DNA of 64,000 bases from Candidatus Eiseniibacteriota bacterium (GTDB taxonomy: Bacteria; Eisenbacteria; RBG-16-71-46; SZUA-252): contig OY969801.1 of the NCBI GenBank assembly GCA_963703225.1, forward strand, positions 768,001-832,000. The letters are read 5' to 3'. Numbering within the stretch: position 1 is the first letter of the stretch; each line of letters starts with the position of its first letter. Made by a program: the position numbers and the translations under genes. The notes beneath the pieces were generated by a model that did no database searches, was not told the DNA's origin, and saw only the letters and a list, made by a program, of their open reading frames with translations. Positions 60,787 to 64,000 of the stretch are shown here, piece by piece.

Positions 60787-61047
60787 CTAGCTGGCTTCAC
60801 CGGGGATCCGCCTGGCCGAGTCGCTGCCAGGCTCAGTGCGTCGCTCGCCGCGCCACTTGGTGGCGTACGGCAGCACGAACAAGTAGAGACCGGTCAACAG
60901 GAGCAAGGCGAGCGGGGCCAGCGGCACGTAGCTCACCCAGACGACAGGCTCCTTCTGTGCCAGGGCGACGAAGGTGACGATGACGGACACCGTAAAGGCG
61001 ATGGACAGCCAACGGTGGATCTGCCGAACCCATTGGTTCCAGTTCAC
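60787..61047 (-). CDS. Small two-TM membrane protein
   Basis: GTG after AAAGGAGG; R..HRWLSI.FT and LL.TGLYLF.LPY. Confidence 0.75.
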   Translation of the reverse strand: MNWNQWVRQIHRWLSIAFTVSVIVTFVALAQKEPVVWVSYVPLAPLALLLLTGLYLFVLPYATKWRGERRTEPGSDSARRIPGEAS

Positions 61048-61085
61048 TGAAACCTCCTTTGAAGACGAGCCCGAACTCGACCGGC

Positions 61086-61532
61086 TCATGGGATCCTCGC
61101 GAGCAGGTCGACGAGCCTCCCGCCCATCATCTTCCAGCCGTAGCGCGCACCGCCGAAGTTCCGCTTCTGGTCCGGCTTGAAGCCCGACTGCACGAGGGAC
61201 AGGCGCGTGCCCGACGCCGTGGGCGTGAGCGTGAAGGTCACGACGGTGTCTATCTCCATATCGCCAACGACCCACGTGTAGCTGAGCTTCCTGTGCGCTT
61301 CGATCTCAAGGACCCGGCAGTTCACGGTGCCGTCCCACCCGGGGTGCGGCTGCGTCTTGAACGTGAACGCGGCCCCCAGCTCGAGCTTGAGCTCGACGAC
61401 GGGCAGGAGCCACCCGGTCAGCAGCATGGGGTCGGTGAGCGCGCGCCACACCTTCTCCGGCGAATGATGCAAATCGAACTCGAACGCAATGGATTCGGTT
61501 TGCGATGGGGCGGTCCTGTCGATGGGGTTCAT
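61086..61532 (-). CDS. SRPBCC (AHSA1/START-like) domain protein
   Basis: PEKVWRALTDP..L..W, C.VLEI....KLSYTW, VTFTL.P...GTRL...QSGF, GW. Confidence 0.9.
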   Translation of the reverse strand: MNPIDRTAPSQTESIAFEFDLHHSPEKVWRALTDPMLLTGWLLPVVELKLELGAAFTFKTQPHPGWDGTVNCRVLEIEAHRKLSYTWVVGDMEIDTVVTFTLTPTASGTRLSLVQSGFKPDQKRNFGGARYGWKMMGGRLVDLLARIP

Positions 61533-61858
61533 TCGTCCATTTTCTCCAGCAGCTGTCGAAGGCGATCGACGTGCTCCGTCCAGAAGGCGCGGTAGTGCGC
61601 GATCCAGTCGATGAGCGGCTTCATCCCGCGCGGCCGCACCCGGTAATAGGCGCAGCGCCCCTCGCGCCGCGCGTTCACCAGGCCGGCCCGTTTCAAGGTG
61701 GCGAGGTGCTGCGAGACCGCCGGCTGCGAGATGTCGAAGCGCGCCGTGAGGTCCTTGACCGCCACTTCGCCACGCGTGAGAGACTCGAAGATCGCCCTGC
61801 GGCTGGGGTCCGCCAGCGCCTGGAAGATCTTGCCTTCGGCCACGGCCGCGCTCTGCAT
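61529..61858 (-). CDS. ArsR/SmtB family transcriptional regulator
   Basis: FQALADPSRRAI, ISQPAVSQHL..L..AGLV...REGR...Y. Confidence 0.92.
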   Translation of the reverse strand: MQSAAVAEGKIFQALADPSRRAIFESLTRGEVAVKDLTARFDISQPAVSQHLATLKRAGLVNARREGRCAYYRVRPRGMKPLIDWIAHYRAFWTEHVDRLRQLLEKMDE

Positions 61859-61864
61859 GCATGA

Positions 61865-61893
61865 AAGATAAGCCAATACTTATTGATTGTCAA
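61865..61893 (-). promoter_or_regulatory. Sigma70 promoter with ArsR-type operator
   Basis: TTGACA-N17-TATCTT; inverted repeat ATAAG-N6-CTTAT at 61868-61883. Confidence 0.75.
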
Positions 61894-61951
61894 GCCCGCA
61901 GATTCGGCCGCCGGGGATCGGCGGAACAGGGGGCCAGGGCGGGTGGGGAGC

Positions 61952-61998
61952 TTACGAGGACGGTTTCGAGAGGCGCTGGATTCCCGCCAGTGCCTCTT
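61952..61998. repeat. Copy 2 of the 47-bp direct repeat (3' end of the TPR gene)
   Basis: Matches 59090-59136. Confidence 0.8.
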
Positions 61999-64000
61999 CG
62001 TTTGCCTTCACGCCGGGCTCGGCCATTCTGTACTGGTAGGCGACCCGCTTGTAGAGGGCCAGCGCCTCGTCGCGGCGGCCGCGCTCTTCGTAGAGGCGGG
62101 CCAGCGTGTTCATCGCCTTGTAGGTATCGATAGGGTCCCCGCTGCCGGGGGCACTCTTGACGATGGCAACCAACTCGGTCTCCGCGCCAGCCATGTCGCC
62201 CGCGGCGATCAGGGCGCGGGCAAGCGCCCACCTGCGTTTCCATTGCCGGAATCCGGGCTGCGTTGCCGGGAGGTTCTCCCGGAACACCTTCACGGCTTCC
62301 GCCGCGTGCCCCTTCGCGAGGGCGAGCTGACCGCCAAGAAACCTCAGATTCTGGCGCTCGAGAGGCGTCGCGCCTTTCTCCAGCTGCCGCTCGTAGCCTC
62401 GGAGCATCGCCTGAGCGGACTCCAGCTTTCCCGTGCGGATCAATGCTTCCATGAGGTGGAGAGAGCTTGCTCCGCGGACCACCAAGATCCTGTTGTTCTG
62501 AGCGGCCTGGACTCGAAACTTCTGCACAGCCTCTTCCGCCCTTCCCATCTCGAGGAGCGCTTGGGCGTGGAAGCGCGTCACCAGTGTTTGATCTGGTCTC
62601 GTGTAGTGGCCGCCCAACTTCCGCTCAAAGCTCGCGGCCATGCGCGCCGCCTCGGAGAACCGGCCCTGGCTGAGTCTCAGGAAGACTTCGCCGGGAGCCG
62701 TGTCGAGCGGCTTTCCGTCATAGCCGGGGATCCCCGCGACCACGTCGATCGTGGCGCGGAGCGAATCGAAGTCGCCCATCGTTCCCTGGGCCCCGGCGAG
62801 GCCGAACAGGGCAGCGAGGTATCTCGGGTCCCTCGCGAGCGCTTCATGATAGGCGGCGAGCCCTCCCTCCAGGTCGCCACTTTGCAGAAGCACTTCCCCT
62901 TTCATCGAGTAGCCGACCGGGTTGTCCGGTTCGGCCCGAATGAGGCGCTCGATGCTTGTAAGCGCGCGATCGTACTCACCCCGATCTCCCAGGACGTCCG
63001 TTATGTGGGTGTACGCGACCACGAACGAGGGATCGATCTCGGTGGCCCGTCCGAGCGCGCTGAGACCCATGTCGTCCATGCCGCCGTGGTAGAGGGCCTC
63101 CCCCAGGCCGTAGAGGAACTCCTTATCGTCGGGGTATCGAACGAGCAGGGCCCGGTACTGGCGTGCCGCGCCCGCGTAGTCCTTCTGGATCACGGCCCCG
63201 AGCGCCATCAACCCATCGCGGTCGCGGCGCGACAGGCGGTCTCCGAGGCGGAGCCCGGTTTGCACTTCCTGCTGAGCGCCGTCGACGTCGGAATTCCACC
63301 ATGTGGCGACAGCCGCGTAATACCACGCGAGGGCGAAGGTGGAATCCGCCGCGATCGCCGCGCGGAATTCCCGTTCCGCATCGGCCCATTTGCTCTTGTA
63401 GAGTTCGTCGAGCCCGTGCACGTAGGCCCTGTAGGCCATTGGGCTCTGGGTCGTGAGGCTCGCCACGTCGACCGCCGACTGGCGGACTCCGAACCCCGCG
63501 CGGGCGAGGCCGTCCCGCAACGACGCGGTGAGCGAGTCGACGGCCGCGAAGAGGCCGCGTTCACCTCCCGCGGTCCGCACCTTGCTGGCCGTGAGCACGG
63601 TGCCGTCGGATGTGGAGGCCACTTCGGCCGCGAGGACGATGTCCGGCTGGGTCGCGTAGATGTACCCGGTCACCACGTAGGCGGCGCCGGCCCGTCCGGC
63701 CACCTCCAGCGCCTCCTTGCCCTTCACGGTCTCGTTCGGCTTTCCCATTTGGCGGAGCACGTCGTGGATCCGTTGGGCGCTCACGACCGGCATCACCTGG
63801 GACTCGCTCAACCCCACGTTTAGAAGGCTGGTCGCGATCGGAGCGGCACCGTGTGGATCGCCCGGCTCCGCCAGGTTCTCGAACGACAGAACCGCGATCG
63901 ACTTCTGGGCCGCCTCTGCCGCGGGTGGCTCGGGCTTGAGGCTGGGACGGTACGGGCCCAGGAGGTAGACCAACGCCGCGACCAGAACAATCGCGACCGG
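61952..64000 (-). CDS. Membrane-anchored TolB-like/TPR protein, 5'-partial (possibly the C-terminal part of a Ser/Thr kinase)
   Basis: TM helix at the window edge; SIAVL.FEN; T.SP.AY..Y..G; AI..DS.FALA; multiple TPRs. Confidence 0.8.
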   Translation of the reverse strand, partial: PVAIVLVAALVYLLGPYRPSLKPEPPAAEAAQKSIAVLSFENLAEPGDPHGAAPIATSLLNVGLSESQVMPVVSAQRIHDVLRQMGKPNETVKGKEALEVAGRAGAAYVVTGYIYATQPDIVLAAEVASTSDGTVLTASKVRTAGGERGLFAAVDSLTASLRDGLARAGFGVRQSAVDVASLTTQSPMAYRAYVHGLDELYKSKWADAEREFRAAIAADSTFALAWYYAAVATWWNSDVDGAQQEVQTGLRLGDRLSRRDRDGLMALGAVIQKDYAGAARQYRALLVRYPDDKEFLYGLGEALYHGGMDDMGLSALGRATEIDPSFVVAYTHITDVLGDRGEYDRALTSIERLIRAEPDNPVGYSMKGEVLLQSGDLEGGLAAYHEALARDPRYLAALFGLAGAQGTMGDFDSLRATIDVVAGIPGYDGKPLDTAPGEVFLRLSQGRFSEAARMAASFERKLGGHYTRPDQTLVTRFHAQALLEMGRAEEAVQKFRVQAAQNNRILVVRGASSLHLMEALIRTGKLESAQAMLRGYERQLEKGATPLERQNLRFLGGQLALAKGHAAEAVKVFRENLPATQPGFRQWKRRWALARALIAAGDMAGAETELVAIVKSAPGSGDPIDTYKAMNTLARLYEERGRRDEALALYKRVAYQYRMAEPGVKANEEALAGIQRLSKPSS

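Overview
High-GC bacterial chromosomal window with about 55 genes and no rRNA, complete tRNA, CRISPR array or transposase. FlgD-type C-terminal domains and a C-terminal TWGxIK motif suggest an FCB-adjacent candidate lineage such as Eisenbacteria (inference). Housekeeping and physiology genes include pntAa-pntAb-pntB, an EF-G paralog, yebC-ruvC-ruvA-ruvB, queA, an Fpg/Nei glycosylase, wecB, a Cus-type Cu/Ag RND efflux operon, a sigma54 two-component system and several secreted proteins. About ten genes carry single-base frameshifts, probably long-read indel errors. Three loci stand out. (1) 46.6-55.3 kb is a flagellum-derived regulatory island: sigma28 and sigma54 promoters, a tiny basic ORF, a mini FliM/FliN hybrid, fliO, flhG, fliA, HDOD, a degenerate GGDEF protein, a hybrid kinase and wecB, with the canonical fliP-fliQ-fliR-flhB-flhA-flhF block missing between fliO and flhG. 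(2) Between ruvB and queA, a MerR regulator with its operator is translationally coupled to an uncalled 38-aa exported Cys-rich micropeptide ending CPGKCPFCP. (3) A 47-bp imperfect direct repeat duplicating a gene's 3' end flanks a 2.8-kb ArsR-SRPBCC-DUF1801 cassette. All calls come from reading the sequence and from motif recognition; no database searches were run.
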